Made by a program: the position numbers and the translations under genes | Notes under the pieces: model-generated | What the model was told of the DNA's origin: nothing | Seen by the model: the letters and a program-made list of their open reading frames with translations, nothing else | Databases searched by the model: none | Shown here: positions 1-14,148 of the stretch, in pieces | Layout of the letters: each line of letters opens with the position of its first letter | Position numbering within the stretch: the stretch's first letter is position 1 | DNA from: Eledone cirrhosa | Lineage: Eukaryota | Length of the DNA stretch: 64,000 nt | Direction: 5' to 3' | NCBI GenBank assembly: GCA_964016885.1 | Contig: OZ024742.1 | Coordinates: 260,586,001 to 260,650,000, forward strand

Positions 1-1116
<1,116 letters not shown>

Positions 1117-1535
1117 TTTGGGTTTGTACCAGGGAGAGGCACCACTGATGCCCTCTTCCTTGTGAGGCAATTACAGGAAAAGTACCTAGCGTCACGCAGT
1201 AATACAGGGTACCCGACCTCCCATGGGTACATGCTGAAGCATATAAACAATATGCCCCCAATCCCCCCACCGCAAGGTGGTCGTGGAGGTGCCACGGCAA
1301 AAAAGCACCCAGCCCACACTGTAAAGTCGACGTGTAGGTGCCACGAAAAAGCACCCAGCACTCACTGTAAATGAGGTTGGTGTTAGGAAGGGCATCCAGC
1401 TGTAGAAATCAAGCCAGATCAGTTCCTGTATGAGCAAGGCATGGTCAGCCGACTAGACACTGCCCACAACAGGACAACCCGTCTAACCCATGCTAGCGTG
1501 GAAGAACGGACGTAAAACGTGATGATGATGATGAT
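1117..1535 (+). mobile_element. RTE-clade LINE remnant (family A), RT fragment joined directly to the ORF2 end/3' UTR
   Basis: FGFVPGRGTTDALFLVRQLQEKYLA (cf. 4149-4222) jumps at ~1190 to sequence matching 5388 onward; ends in a stem-loop and (GAT)n. Confidence 0.9.
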
Positions 1536-1542
1536 ATATATA

Positions 1543-1595
<53 letters not shown>

Positions 1596-1624
1596 ATATT
1601 TATTTATATATATATTTATTTAAG

Positions 1625-1920
1625 AGGGTGTTAAATTTTAAATATTTTTCTCCCCATAACGGCATTCCTGTCTTAACGACATCACCACTTTCTCCGCTTG
1701 GCCTGTTTTTCCCCCCTTTTGGAACTTTTCCCCCGTTGATGGGCGTGAGCCCGAAATATTGGGATTAAAATCTCTACTACGGTAACCCTTCTGCCTTTGT
1801 TTTGTTTTCATCTTTGTCTCTCTCAACTTTTACTTTCACCTGTTTTTCCTATCTATATTTCACTTCCTACCTCGAGATTTCCCTTTGCATTGTTGTGGCT
1901 TTCTTAAATACGTATTTTTA
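1625..1920 (+). mobile_element. Penelope-like terminal (pLTR) fragment with degenerate hammerhead motif
   Basis: ccgttga-t-GGGC gtga GCCC-GAAA-tatt-ggg at 1731-1763, T-rich flank, bounded by (TA)n on both sides. Confidence 0.5.
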
Positions 1921-1996
1921 TATATTTATTTATATATATATTTATATATATATTTATATATATATATACATTTATATATATATATATATATTTATA

Positions 1997-2044
<48 letters not shown>

Positions 2045-2046
<2 letters not shown>

Positions 2047-2190
2047 CGAAACAGCGAGTTGGTTTGAAATTATTAGAAATGTAAGCTATCGCCGTATTTT
2101 GACTAAAGAAATTATTTAGCCTGATAGTGGGGTTAAGAACCCTCGGAGAAATGGAAAAAGATGAGTATTGACGTATATACGTCAATACTC
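2045..2190. mobile_element. Half of a palindromic MITE-like repeat
   Basis: Resembles the left arm of the 19225-19432 fold-back and ends in the perfect palindrome gagtattgacgtat|atacgtcaatactc (2163-2190). Confidence 0.65.
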
Positions 2191-2198
2191 GTGTCAAG

Positions 2199-3511
2199 GT
2201 GAGAACACACCTCAGATCATTGACACTGACGGTGGCGATGACGAAGAATGGGGTTGTTCCGAAGGACTGGCGTAGCAGCATCATCGTTAACTGTTACAAG
2301 GGTAAAGGAGACGCCCTAGAATGGAGTAACTATGGAGGCATTAAATTAATCGACCAGGTCATGAAGGTCACGGAAAAAGTAATAGCGCAACTAATCAGAG
2401 AGAGAATTGATCTAGATGAAATCCAGTTCGGGTTTGTGTCAGGCAAAAGTACCACAGACGCTCTTTTCATTGTACGACAACTACAGGAGAAGTACCTAGC
2501 TAAAAGTAAACCCCTATACTTAGCTTTTGTCGACTTGGAGAAAGCCTTCGACAGAGTCCCCCGTTCCATTATCTGGTGGGCTCTTAGAAAACTAGGTGTT
2601 GACGAATGGCTTGTGATAGCCATACAAGCCATGTATAAAGAAACAGTCAGCAAGGTTAGAATTAACAACGAATATAGTGAAGAGTTTAGCGTAAAAGTTG
2701 GTGTCCATCAGGGCTCTGTTCTTAACCCCCTACTATTTATTATTATAAACGAACTAAGGAAAAAATTAGAAATAAGAGGGATCAGATGTTGTTTACTCGA
2801 GAGAAGGCTACGTTGGTATGGTCACGTGATGCGCATGAAAGACGACAGCTGTATAACAAAGTGCAGGGCAATAAAGATAGATGGTAGCCACAGAGTAGGC
2901 AGACCCAGAAAAACCTGGGACGAGCTGATAAATTCCGACCTCACACACTTACACCTCTCCAAGACAATGTCACTGGACCGAGACCTTTGGCGGTACTCAG
3001 TAACAGATAAGACCCGCCTTACCTAAATACAAAGTAAAACCTACTAGTCAGTAGGCATCTCTAACAAAATACACCCCCGTCCCACCCCATCCACACCGCC
3101 CCCTTCAATGCAAAGTTATGTTGGTGCCACAACATCCAGGCCGAAACAAACGAGATCGTGTAGGTGTCACGACAAAAAAAATACAGTCCACGCTGTAATG
3201 TGACCATGTAGGCAACACAGTAAAAACCTCCCAGCCCCACACTGTAAATGTGGTTGGTATTAGGAAGGGCATCCAGCTGTAGAAAACACACCAGACAGTC
3301 CACGCTGTAATGTGGCCGTGTAGGCAACACGGTAAAAACCTCCCAGCCCCACACTGTAAATGTGGTTGGTGTTAGGAAGGGCATCCAGCTGTAGAAAACC
3401 CGCCAGACAGTCCTATGCGAGCAAGACAACCGCTCTTGCCTCAAGTGGGAAAAACCCCGTCCAAACCCATGCAAGCGTGGAACAGGGATGTTAAACGATG
3501 ATGATGATGAT
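2199..3511 (+). mobile_element. RTE LINE copy, 5'-truncated and internally deleted
   Basis: ORF 2199-3026 has RT motifs (YKGKGD, QFGF, AFVDLEKAFDRV, GVHQGSVL) fused in frame to ERRLRWYGHVMRM; YADD region absent; 3' UTR and (GAT)n tail. Confidence 0.92.
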
Positions 3512-3580
3512 ATATTCACACACACATATATATATATACACACACACATATATATACACACACATATATATATACATATA

Positions 3581-5704
3581 TGTTTTGCAACGTGAGGACC
3601 AGAAACAGGAGGTATTCAAGATTGCGAGGCAGTGTGTCAGAGATAGTTGTGATGTCATTGGAGAGCAGTGTATCCGGAATGATAAAGGTGTGCTTGCCCT
3701 CACAAGTGCTGAGAAGAAAGATGCATGGAAGAGTCATTATGATAGATTACTAAATGAGGAGAATGCATGGGAAGAAGAGACCCTACCCCAAGTAGACCCT
3801 ATAGAGGGACCAGCAGTACAAGTCAGCAGCAGCGTAGTAAGTAAGGCAATCAAAGATATGAAGATGGGGAAGGCAACCGGTCCATCGGGTATAGCTGCCG
3901 AGATGCTGAAGGCATCTGGGTCTGTAGGTCACACTATAACCACACGTATTGTTAACCAAGTAATACTAGAAGGTGCCATACCAAAAGATTGGTGCAGTAG
4001 CATCATTGTCAACTGCTACAAAGGTAAAGGTGATGCACTAGATAGAGGAAACTATAGAGGTTTAAAGTTGATGGACCAGGTCATGAAAGTAACAGAAAGA
4101 GTTATAGCACAGTTGATTAGGGACCGGGTGAAAATAGACGAGATGCAATTTGGGTTTGTACCAGGAAGAGGCACCACTGATGCCCTCTTCCTTGTGAGAC
4201 AATTACAGGAAAAGTACCTAGCTAAAAGTAAGCCACTCTACTTGGCATTTGTTGACCTTGAGAAAGCCTTTGACAGAGTTCCACGTGCTGTAATCTGCTG
4301 GGCTCTTAGAAAACTAGGAATAGATGAATGGCTTGTGAAAGCGGTACAAGCCATGTATAGGGGAGCAGTCAGCAAAGTTAGGAATTTAGCGTACAGGTTG
4401 GTGTCCACCAGGGCTCTGTTCTTAGCCCTCTCCTGTTCATCATAGTCCTGCAGGCAATAACGGAGGAGTTTAAGACCGGATGCCCATGGGAACTCCTGTA
4501 TGCTGATGACCTCGCACTCATAGCTGAATCTATGGTAGAACTAGAGAATAAATTCCAAACTTGGAAGCAGGGACTAGAAAGAAAGGGTCTCAAAGTCAAC
4601 ATGACAAAGACTAAGGTCCTTGTAAGTAGACGAGAAAACAGAACCCAGATCCCCTCAGGGAAATGGCCTTGCTCAGTATGTAGGAAAGGTGTAGGTAGGA
4701 ACTCCATTCTCTGCCCCAAATGCAAACAATGGGTACACAAGAGATGTAGCAGGATCTCAGGAAGCTTAATTAAGAATGTAGGCTTCACATACAACAGCTG
4801 TGCTGAGACAGCAAACAGCCACAGGAAACAAGTACCACCAATCTCTGGGAGGGCTCTGTAGAAACAGTAGACAGCTTCTGCTACCTAGGTGACCGAATTA
4901 GCAGCGGAGGTGGAGGGTAAGAACGGGATGAAAGAAGTTTAGGGAACTACTACCACTGCTAGCTGCAAAAGGTTTCTCCCTCAGAATGAAAAGCAGACTG
5001 TATGATGCGTGTATCCGAACAGCAATGTTGCATGGTAGTGAGACCTGGGCACTGAAGGTGGAAGACTTACGTAGATTAGAGAGAAACGAAGCCTGCATGC
5101 TCCGATGGATGTGTAACAGTAATATACATGAACGACAAAGCATAAATGAATTGAGAGAAAGACTGAGCATAAGAGGAATCAAATGCTGTGTGCAGGAGAG
5201 GCGGTTGCGCTGGTATGGACATGTGATGCGTATGAAGTGTGACAGCTGAATAAAAAGGTGCAGAGCACTAGAAGTTGATGGAAACCGCGGAGTGGGGAGA
5301 CCCAAGATGACCTGGGATGAGGTGATAAAAGCCGACCTTACCCAATTACACCTCTCAAAGGCAATGACACATGACCGTGACTTCTGGCGTCACGCAGTAA
5401 TACAGAGTACCCGACCTCCCATGGGTACAAGCTGAAGCATATAGACAATATGCCCCCACACCTCCCACCGCAAGGTGGTCGTGGAGGTGCCACGGCAAAA
5501 AAGCACCCAGCCCACACTGTAAAGTGGACGTGTAGGCGCCACGAAAAAGCACCCAGCACTCACTGTAAATGAGGTTGGTGTTAGGAAGGGCATCCAGCTG
5601 TAGAAATCAAGCCAAATCAGTTCCTGTATGAGCAAGGCATGGTCAGCCGTCTAACCCATGCTAGCGTGGAAGAACGGACGTAAAACGGTGATGATGATGA
5701 TGAT
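3581..5704 (+). mobile_element. RTE LINE (family A), 5'-truncated, disrupted ORF2
   Basis: RT motifs including LYADDL (~4496-4513), Cys-rich insert (CSVCRKGV..CPKCKQWVHKRC), RLRWYGHVMR, repeated 3' UTR module, (GAT)n tail. Confidence 0.95.
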
Positions 5705-5806
5705 ACACACACACACACATATATATACATATATATACACACACACACATATATATATATATACATATATACACACATATATATATATATATATACACAC
5801 ATACAC

Positions 5807-5848
<42 letters not shown>

Positions 5849-5899
5849 ACACACACACATATATATATATACATATATATACATATATATATATATATA

Positions 5900-8496
5900 T
5901 ACAACTTTTATAAGCAACCGCAATGACAGAGGACGGAGACATCATTATGCTAGCAGGGGACTTCAATGGGCATGTTGGACAGCTCCAGGATGGATACACT
6001 GGGGTACATGGTGGGCACGGTTATGGCTCAAGAAATGAAGAAGGAGTGAGACTTCTTGAATTTTGTGATGCAGGTACACTGACTATTTGCAACACAAACT
6101 TCCAGAAACCTGCCAATCACCTAATAACCTACAAATCTAGCGAGCACATAAGCCAGATTGACTTCTTACTAGTTAGGCAGTGGGACAGGCAGATAGTGTC
6201 TAATACCAAGGCATACTCTGGGGAAGAATGTACGCCACAGCATAGGTTAGTCGTTAGTGATATCTCAGTAAGCAAGAGATGGAATGAGACATACAGGAAG
6301 GTGTGGAGAAGAAAGGTCTGGAAGCTAAAAGACCTTTCACTGAAATACAAATTTAGGAAAGCCCTTCAAGATGTATATGACGAAAAAGAAGACGATTTAG
6401 AGACGTATGACATAGATAATAACTGGAATTTCTTACGTGACAACTTGCTGCAGGCTACTGATGAAACTTGTGGCTGAAGCAGAGCTCCAACCAGACAGAG
6501 AGTGACCTGGTGGTGGAACAGCACAGTAGATAAGGCCATTAGAGACAAAAGACTAGCATGGAAGGCTTGAAAAAAGGGTGGGAGTAGGAAAGAATATACA
6601 GCCGCTAAGAGAGGAGCTAGACGTCAGGTGTACTTAGCACACAGGGAGGTGGAGAGTAGGATTGACACATTGCAAGGCAGTGTGTCAATGCAAATCAGGA
6701 TGTTGTTGGAGATAAATGTGTCCAGGATGATGCCGGTGTACTTAGTGTCACGAATGATCAGAAAAATGAGGCCTAGAAATGTTATTATGAGAGACTGATG
6801 AATGTGGAGAACGATTGGGAGAGAGAGAAATTACCCTTAGTAGATCCGACAGAGGGACCAGCTATTGACGAATATAGGGTCCAAGAGGCGATTAAGGAAA
6901 TGAAAAATGGTAAGGCTGCTGGACCATGGGGAATAGTTGCTGAGATGCTGAAGGCATCAGGGGACGTAGGCACTAAACTGGTTGCACATATCATCAATCA
7001 GGCTATATATGGTGGTGTCATACCCAAAGACTGGTGCAGCAGTATTCTCATAAATTGCTCCTCTGGAGAGGAGCAATTATAGGGGTATAAAACTGATGAA
7101 TCAGGTTATGAAAGTGGCAGAAAGGATATTAGAAAGATGAGATGCAGTTTGGTTTTGTGCCTGGGAAGAGTACAACAGATGCCCTCTTCTTGATGAGACA
7201 ATTGCAAGAGAGGTTCTAAGAGAAAAATAAGCCACTATACTTAGCCTTTGTTGACCTAGAGAAGGCCTTTGATAGGGTACTCCGATCTGTCATCTGGTGG
7301 TCCCTAAGGAAGCTAGGTGTTGAGGAATGGCTTGTGAGGACAGTGCAAACTTTGTACAGAGGTACTCTCAGTAAAGTGAGGGTAGGAATGGAGTTTAGTG
7401 AGGAATTCCAGATACAAGTAGGAGTACATCAAGGTTCGGTCCTCAGCCTGCTCTTGTTCATTTTAGTCCTCCAAGCCATAACAGAGGAGTTTAAGACTGG
7501 CTGTCCATGGGAACTTCTCTATGCTGACAATCTGGTTCTTATAGCAGAATCAGTAGAGGAGCTAGAGAATAAATTCTGGCTATGGAAACAGCAGTTGGAA
7601 GCAAGAGGAATGAGAGTGAACCTAGCTAAGACAAAAGTGTTGAGTAGAAAAGAGGACAAAACTCTGATTCCATCAGGGAAATGGCCATGTTCGATATGCA
7701 GAAAATGAACTGGCATAAATTCTGTAAAATGCACACAATGCAGATCCTGGGTACATAAGAGATGTAGCGGGATAGCAGGCAAACTAACAGGTAGGAAGAA
7801 ATATGTATGCAGTAGATGTACAGGGAAATTAGACAGTAGAAGTCGCATTGATAGACACATTTTTCAAATGCATAGAGCACTATAGAAGTGGTGGATAGCT
7901 TCCGGTACCTAGATCAGATTAGCATGGGAGGAGGGTGTTCCGAGGCCATAGTATCTAGAATAAGGATGGGTTGGAAGAAGTTTAGGGAGCTGCTTCCTCT
8001 GCTGACGAAGAAGGGTTTCTCCCTGCATACGAAAGGCCAGTTGTATGATGCCTGTGTGAGGAGCGTGATGCTGCATGGTAGTGAGACATGGGCAGCAACT
8101 GCAGAGGATATGCGACAGCTGGAGAGAAATGAGGCAAGCATGCTCCATTGTATGTGCAGTGTAAATGTGCGTGAACGACCCAGCATGAATTTCTTGAGAG
8201 AGAAACTGTGTCCGAGAGGGATAGAATATAGTGTACGGGAGAGGAGACTGAGATGGTATGGACATGTGATGCGCATGGAGGATGACCGATGGGTGAAGAA
8301 GTGCCAGGAAATGCCAGTTGAAGGAAGACGTGGTAGAGGTAGACCATGAAAAACATGGGCGGAGGAGGTGAGAATAGACCTCAGATCGTTGAAGCTCATG
8401 GAGATGACAAAGGACCATGACGAGTGGAGAGATGCTGTGCTGAATAAGACCCGTCCCACCCTTGCAAGCAGGGAAAAGCAGGCGTAAAATGATGAT
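5900..8496 (+). mobile_element. RTE LINE (family B) with APE endonuclease and RT, degenerate
   Basis: GDFNGHVG, RNEEG, QIDFLL and QHRLVV endonuclease motifs; RT LYADNL; many stops/frameshifts; very short 3' UTR ending cccttgcaagcaggg...(GAT)n. Confidence 0.95.
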
Positions 8497-8508
8497 ATAC
8501 ATATATAT

Positions 8509-8555
<47 letters not shown>

Positions 8556-8556
<1 letters not shown>

Positions 8557-8611
8557 TCCAAACCCATGCTAGCGTGGAAGATGGACGTTAAACGATGATG
8601 ATGATGATGAT
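8556..8611 (+). mobile_element. Ultra-short RTE 3'-end insertion (stem-loop plus GAT tail only)
   Basis: ccatgctagcgtgg...ggacgttaaac(GAT)n flanked by TA tracts. Confidence 0.8.
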
Positions 8612-8828
8612 ATACATATATATATACATATATATATACACACACACACATATATATATATATATACATAACAAAGGAATTTTGGTAAGGAACCAGATGG
8701 ACCATAACACACCAGAGTACTCAATACTTAGGGTAGTAGAGTGGGAAATAGGTAAAAGTATGACCCCGACGGCAGAGCTCAAGCCATTTCGACAGCTATT
8801 TCTGGACTAAATTAGAATTTTTTGTATG

Positions 8829-8860
<32 letters not shown>

Positions 8861-8973
8861 TATATACATATATATATACACACACAGAGAGAGAGAGAGA
8901 GAGAGTTATATATATACATATATATATACACACACACATATATATATATTTATATATAGTTATATATATACAT

Positions 8974-9004
<31 letters not shown>

Positions 9005-9512
9005 CAAATATAAATTTACCGAGAATCACATTTCGGCCGGTAGAAATTGGCGAAACGCAACTTCTGTATTGTGCAGACAATCGCTCCATGGATATGAAGA
9101 TACCAGAGCTATAAACATAAGTTAAAATGGTCATACAAACTGAGACGATGGTTAAGAAGCCATTAACCACTAGAGCCAAATAAGCAAACCAGCTAAACGG
9201 GTCAAACAAAATAAGATATGATTGAAATAGTTACCCGGACCCTCGGGGAAGATGGAATACTCTGAATTTGGGTTTCTGCAACACCTAAATCAATAATACT
9301 GTCTGCTTATAAAGAATAAGTTTTGGTATAATGATCGAACAAGGCATCACTTTCTCAACAGGCATCTTGTTCTTCGTGGTCCAGAATCTCACAGGTTATG
9401 AAAGTACATGTGAGGTTCTAAGGGGAGAAAACCCCTATTTTGGCCAGTGAATTCAGCGTGTGTAGTTATTGCAAAAATTTGCAAAAGTAGCACAAAACGA
9501 ATAAAGCTCTCT

Positions 9513-9548
<36 letters not shown>

Positions 9549-9550
<2 letters not shown>

Positions 9551-9825
9551 GTGTTGTTTCCTGGGTGATGTGTTGTTTCCTTGAGCAAGACACTTTATTT
9601 CACATTGCTCCAGTTTACTCAGCTGTAGAAATGAGATGATAGCGACTGTGGTCCCTATCATTCCACTGCAAAGTGGTCGTGTAGGTGCTACGGCAAAAAG
9701 CACCCAGCACTCACTGTAAATGAGGTTGGTGTTAGGAAGGGCATCCAGCTGTAGAAATCAAGCCAGAATCAGTTCCCGTTCCACCCTTGAAAGTAGGGAA
9801 AAGTGGACGTAAAATGATGATGATG

Positions 9826-9827
<2 letters not shown>
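9549..9827 (+). mobile_element. 5'-truncated SINE with RTE-type tail
   Basis: Same body and tail as the full SINE at 41381-41768, lacking the tRNA head. Confidence 0.85.
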
Positions 9828-9872
<45 letters not shown>

Positions 9873-9879
9873 CACACAC

Positions 9880-9923
<44 letters not shown>

Positions 9924-10079
9924 TAGTTACACGATTGTGGCACCTACGGAAGATCACCCTAAAAGAGCAACTTCAAGCAGGAATTCATCTGTTGAGTCAA
10001 AAGCAATGGTATACAGACACAGTCCTCGATCCACATTACTGAGATTCATTGATTGAAATAATGGAAACCAATTACTAAT

Positions 10080-10119
<40 letters not shown>

Positions 10120-10125
<6 letters not shown>

Positions 10126-11115
10126 AATGGCAATTTCTGTCTGTTTGTGTGTGTGTTTGTTTGTGAACCTAAAACTCAAAAGCTACCACACCGATCTTGA
10201 TGAAACTTGATATGCGTGTGGCTCTTGTGCCCTTTTGATTTTTTACGTACTTTGAAGTTTTAAAAAATCGATTTTTTTTTATAAATCAATAGGACATTTG
10301 CATGCAAATGCTCATATGAATGTTATTTTCTGCCATAACTTTTAAAGCTCTCAACTTATTTCCTTCAAAATTGAAACACAGATAAATTATGTGCTGAGGA
10401 TGGCTTTATCCCAGACAACTCACGGAAGGCAAAAAGGCGCACAAACCTATTTTTCATTTGGTTTGTTTCTTCTGATATGAGCAACCAATTTGCTTTAAAC
10501 TGTACAGGTGCATTATTTATGTATCAATAAGGTGTTAAAAGTTTCCCCAGGAAACCTTAATAAAGCGAAAACACCGCAAATATTAAATGTCGCAAATGCT
10601 TTTTTCGAACATCATAGTTACACCACTTATGTGCAGTGGATGGTTTTCTCCAGCAGGACAGAGGGTTGTACAACAATGGGATGGATAACAATTGAATTTG
10701 CCCTCCATGGGCCGAGTTTTACCCAGACAAATGGGATTTATGGGCTCTGGTTGGGTAATGCGGGGTTAGTTTCCAAAAATGTATACCGGACGGAACCCTT
10801 TGCGAATCGAATAGAAATCTTCAACGGGCCACAGTTGACACGCAGGCTGTAAGGATATTTAAAAATTACCTACCCACCCTAGGCTGTGTCATCTTTGCTG
10901 CTAACATGCGTATATTTAACCGAATGGAACATCTTATGGGACGGATAGAAGGCCTCTGCAGGTCGCATTAACCAGTTGGCCGTGGTGTGGACATACCCGA
11001 CGATGACCGTGTTTTCCTATAAGACTTAATTCAACCAAGAGCTTTATCAAGTGTTATTTCTGCACAAACAATTGTATTACTTAAACCCTAGCAACGCTGG
11101 GTAAACTCAGCTAGT
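10120..11115 (+). mobile_element. Non-autonomous Helitron-like element
   Basis: 5' TATACATAAA then ctgtctgtttgtgtgt; 3' hairpin ccctagcaacgctggg followed by CTAG|T. Confidence 0.7.
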
Positions 11116-11194
11116 ATATATATATATATGCAGATGTGTATACTTATATATCTGTGTGTGTGTATGAAAATGTGTATATGTATATTAAGTTACA

Positions 11195-12110
11195 GTAATG
11201 GAAACGGAATTTGGAATCAAAAGGTCTGAGAGTATTTGTGTTTGGATAAATGGCACTAAATCGAAACCATTCAATGTGGGAGTCGGACTCCACCAAGGGT
11301 GCATACTGTCACCTCTTCTGTTCATTATTTACATGAACAGGATTGACATGTGCAGACGGGTTGGAAATGGTATCATGATTGGTGGGTATAAAATCAGTCA
11401 GCTGGAATTTGCAGATGATGTGGTGTTACTTAACTCAACAGAAGGTGATCTCTGACTAACACTTGCTAGGTTTGATGCTGAGTGCTGCATGGCTGGAATA
11501 AAATCAGTGCTGAGAAAACTGAGACACTTGTCCTCTCAGAGGAGCCTGTGCAGTGCACTTTACATATGAATGGAGTCCCACTGAAGCAGCTAAAGTTCAA
11601 GTATCTTGGGGCTATGTTCATGAGTGATGGAAGGCAGGAGGCTGAATTAAGTACAAGAATTGCAGGAGCTGGTGCAGCATTAGCATTCTATAATCATAAG
11701 AAGGGAGTTAGGTGCAAAAGCCAAACTCGCTATCTTCAATTCGGTAAACATGGCAACCCTTACCTATGGTCATGAATCTTTGGTAATGACCAAAAGAATA
11801 CGATCATAAATGCAAGCAGCCAAAATGGGGTTCCTCCAAAGGGTCTTTAGAGTAATGTTGTTCAATAGAGTGTGTAGCTCAGAAACCAGAGAGTCACTCC
11901 AGATTGAGTCACTTCTTCTCCAAATTGAGAGATCACAGCTCCGATAATATGGGCATGTGGCTAGAATGTCACAGGAAAGACCCCGAGCAAGATGGTTGAA
12001 TAACATCCATGAGCTTGGCTAGCCATCGCTTGGGGATCCAAGATGGTTGGTTCTGGCAGGACCCACTGGAATGAGTGTTTGGGGACTCTTCCCCAACGAC
12101 CCTTTCAGGA
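11195..12110 (+). mobile_element. Divergent RTE-type LINE fragment (family C)
   Basis: GLHQGCILSPLLF, EFADD, FKYLG and LTYGHESL motifs with stops. Confidence 0.85.
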
Positions 12111-12114
12111 ATAA

Positions 12115-13015
12115 GTGGGTGAAGAATAAGAAGGTCTGCGAGTAAACTTAGCCAAAACTAAAGTGTTAGTGAGTTGGAAAAATAGGATCCTGATCTCTTC
12201 AGGGAAGTGACCCTGCTCAATGTGTAGAAAAGGAGTAGACATAAACCTCATACAATGTACACTGTAAATTTTGGGTACACAAGAGATGTAGTGGGATAAC
12301 AGATACACTAACAGGAAAGGAAAAATGTTGTATGTGGAAGATGCGCAGGAGTAATTGAGAGGAAAAGCATCAGTGATATAAACCTTTTCAAGTCACAGGA
12401 AGGGTCCAGAGAAGTGGGTGATAGCGTCTGCTATCTAGGTGACTTAATTAACATGGGGGAGGGTGCTCTGGGAGCATAATAACTAGAATAAGAATAGATG
12501 GAAGAAATTTAGAGAGCTACTCCCATTGTTGACCACAAAAGGTTTCTCCCTATGTACAAAAGGATGACTGTGTGTGAAGTGTGATGTTACATGGTAGTGA
12601 AACATGGGCAGTGACTGCAGAAGACGTGTAGACTGGAGAGAAATGAAGAAGCCATGCTTCGTTGGATATGCAATGTAAGTGTGAGAGAAAAGCAGAGCTT
12701 GGATGAACTGAGGGGGAAGCTGGGTTTAAGAGGAATCTGAGGTTGTGTGAAGGAGAGAAGAATGTGTTGGTACGGACATGTGATGCATATGGTTCATGAT
12801 AGATGGGTGAAGAAGTACCAGGAAATGCCAGTGGAAGGAAGCTGCAGTATGGGTAGACCAAGGACGACCTGAGGAGAAGTGCTAAGAGCTGACCTTAAAT
12901 CGCTGAAACTCACAGAGAAGATGATGAAGGAACACAGCGAGTGGAGAGATGCTGTACTGAGAAGAATCTGTCCAACCCAGGCAAGGGTTGAAAAATGAAC
13001 TTAAAGATGATGATA
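12115..13015 (+). mobile_element. RTE LINE 3' fragment, degenerate
   Basis: GLRVNLAKTK, Cys-rich insert, WYGHV and short GAT tail. Confidence 0.85.
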
Positions 13016-13264
13016 TATTTAGAAGTGTATGATAAAGTCATATCTGTATAAATACAGTATGTGTAACTGAGACTGCACTAATGCAAATAAAATGTATACA
13101 TGCCTACATATTAGATATGTATATATATATCGGAAAATATGAGTTTCCCTGTAAATTGAAAAAATGAGAAACACATTCAATCAATTTTTGGATCTATTTG
13201 GACCCTCATCAGAAGGCGTGTATATCATCCTATCAACCACAAGGAAACATTTTTTTGATGGATA

Positions 13265-14095
13265 TATCATCATCATCATTTTATATCCGCTTTTCCCTGC
13301 TTGCAAGGGTGGGACAGGTCCTATTCAGCACAGTATCTCTCCATTCGTCACTGTCCTTCGTCATCTCCTCTGAGGTCAGCTCTCACCACCTCCACCCATG
13401 ATTTTCGTGGTCTTCCTCTGCTGCATTTTCCTTCGACTGGGATTTTTTGACACTTCTTTACCCAATGGTCATCCTCCATGCACATCACATGTCCATACCA
13501 ACGCAGTCTTCTCTCCCACACACTACAGCTTATCCCTCTTATACACAGTTCTCTCTCAACTCGTCTCTGCTTGGTCGTTCACACACATTGACATTGCACA
13601 TCCAACGGAGCATGCTTGCTTCATTTCTCTCCAGCCATCGCATATCCTCCGCAGTTGCTGCCCATGTCTCACTACCATGTCTCACACAGGCATCATATAA
13701 CCGGCCTTTCATTCGTAGGGAGAAACCCTTCTTTGTCAACAGAGGAAGCAGCTCCCTAAACTTCTTGGAACCCATCCTTATTCTAGATACTATGGCCTTG
13801 GAGCACCCTCCTTCCGATACCTAGGTATCGGAAGCTATCAACCACCTCTATAGATCCTAAGTGCATTTGAAAAATGTGTCTATCACTGCGACTTCTACTG
13901 TCAAATTTCCCTGTACATCTACTGCATATGCAGTTTTCCCTACCCGTTAGTTTGCCTGCTATCCCACTACATCTCTTGTGTACCCAAGATCTGCATTGTG
14001 TACATTTTATAGAATTTATGCCAGATTTTCTACATATCAAATATGGCCATTTCCCTGATGGAATCAGAGTTTTGTCTTCTTTTCTACTTATCAAC

Positions 14096-14100
<5 letters not shown>
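13265..14100 (-). mobile_element. RTE LINE family B 3' fragment
   Basis: Reverse complement of ~7635-8496-like sequence; 5' end abuts (TA)n at 14100. Confidence 0.92.

Positions 14101-14142
<42 letters not shown>

Positions 14143-14148
<6 letters not shown>

Noticed and set aside
7909-8705. Long antisense ORFs over RTE copies (also 46816-47465)
   Set aside because: Shadow frames of RTE ORF2 with no independent motifs.
10508-10852. 114-aa ORF
   Set aside because: Inside a Helitron-like element, non-ATG start, no recognisable motif.
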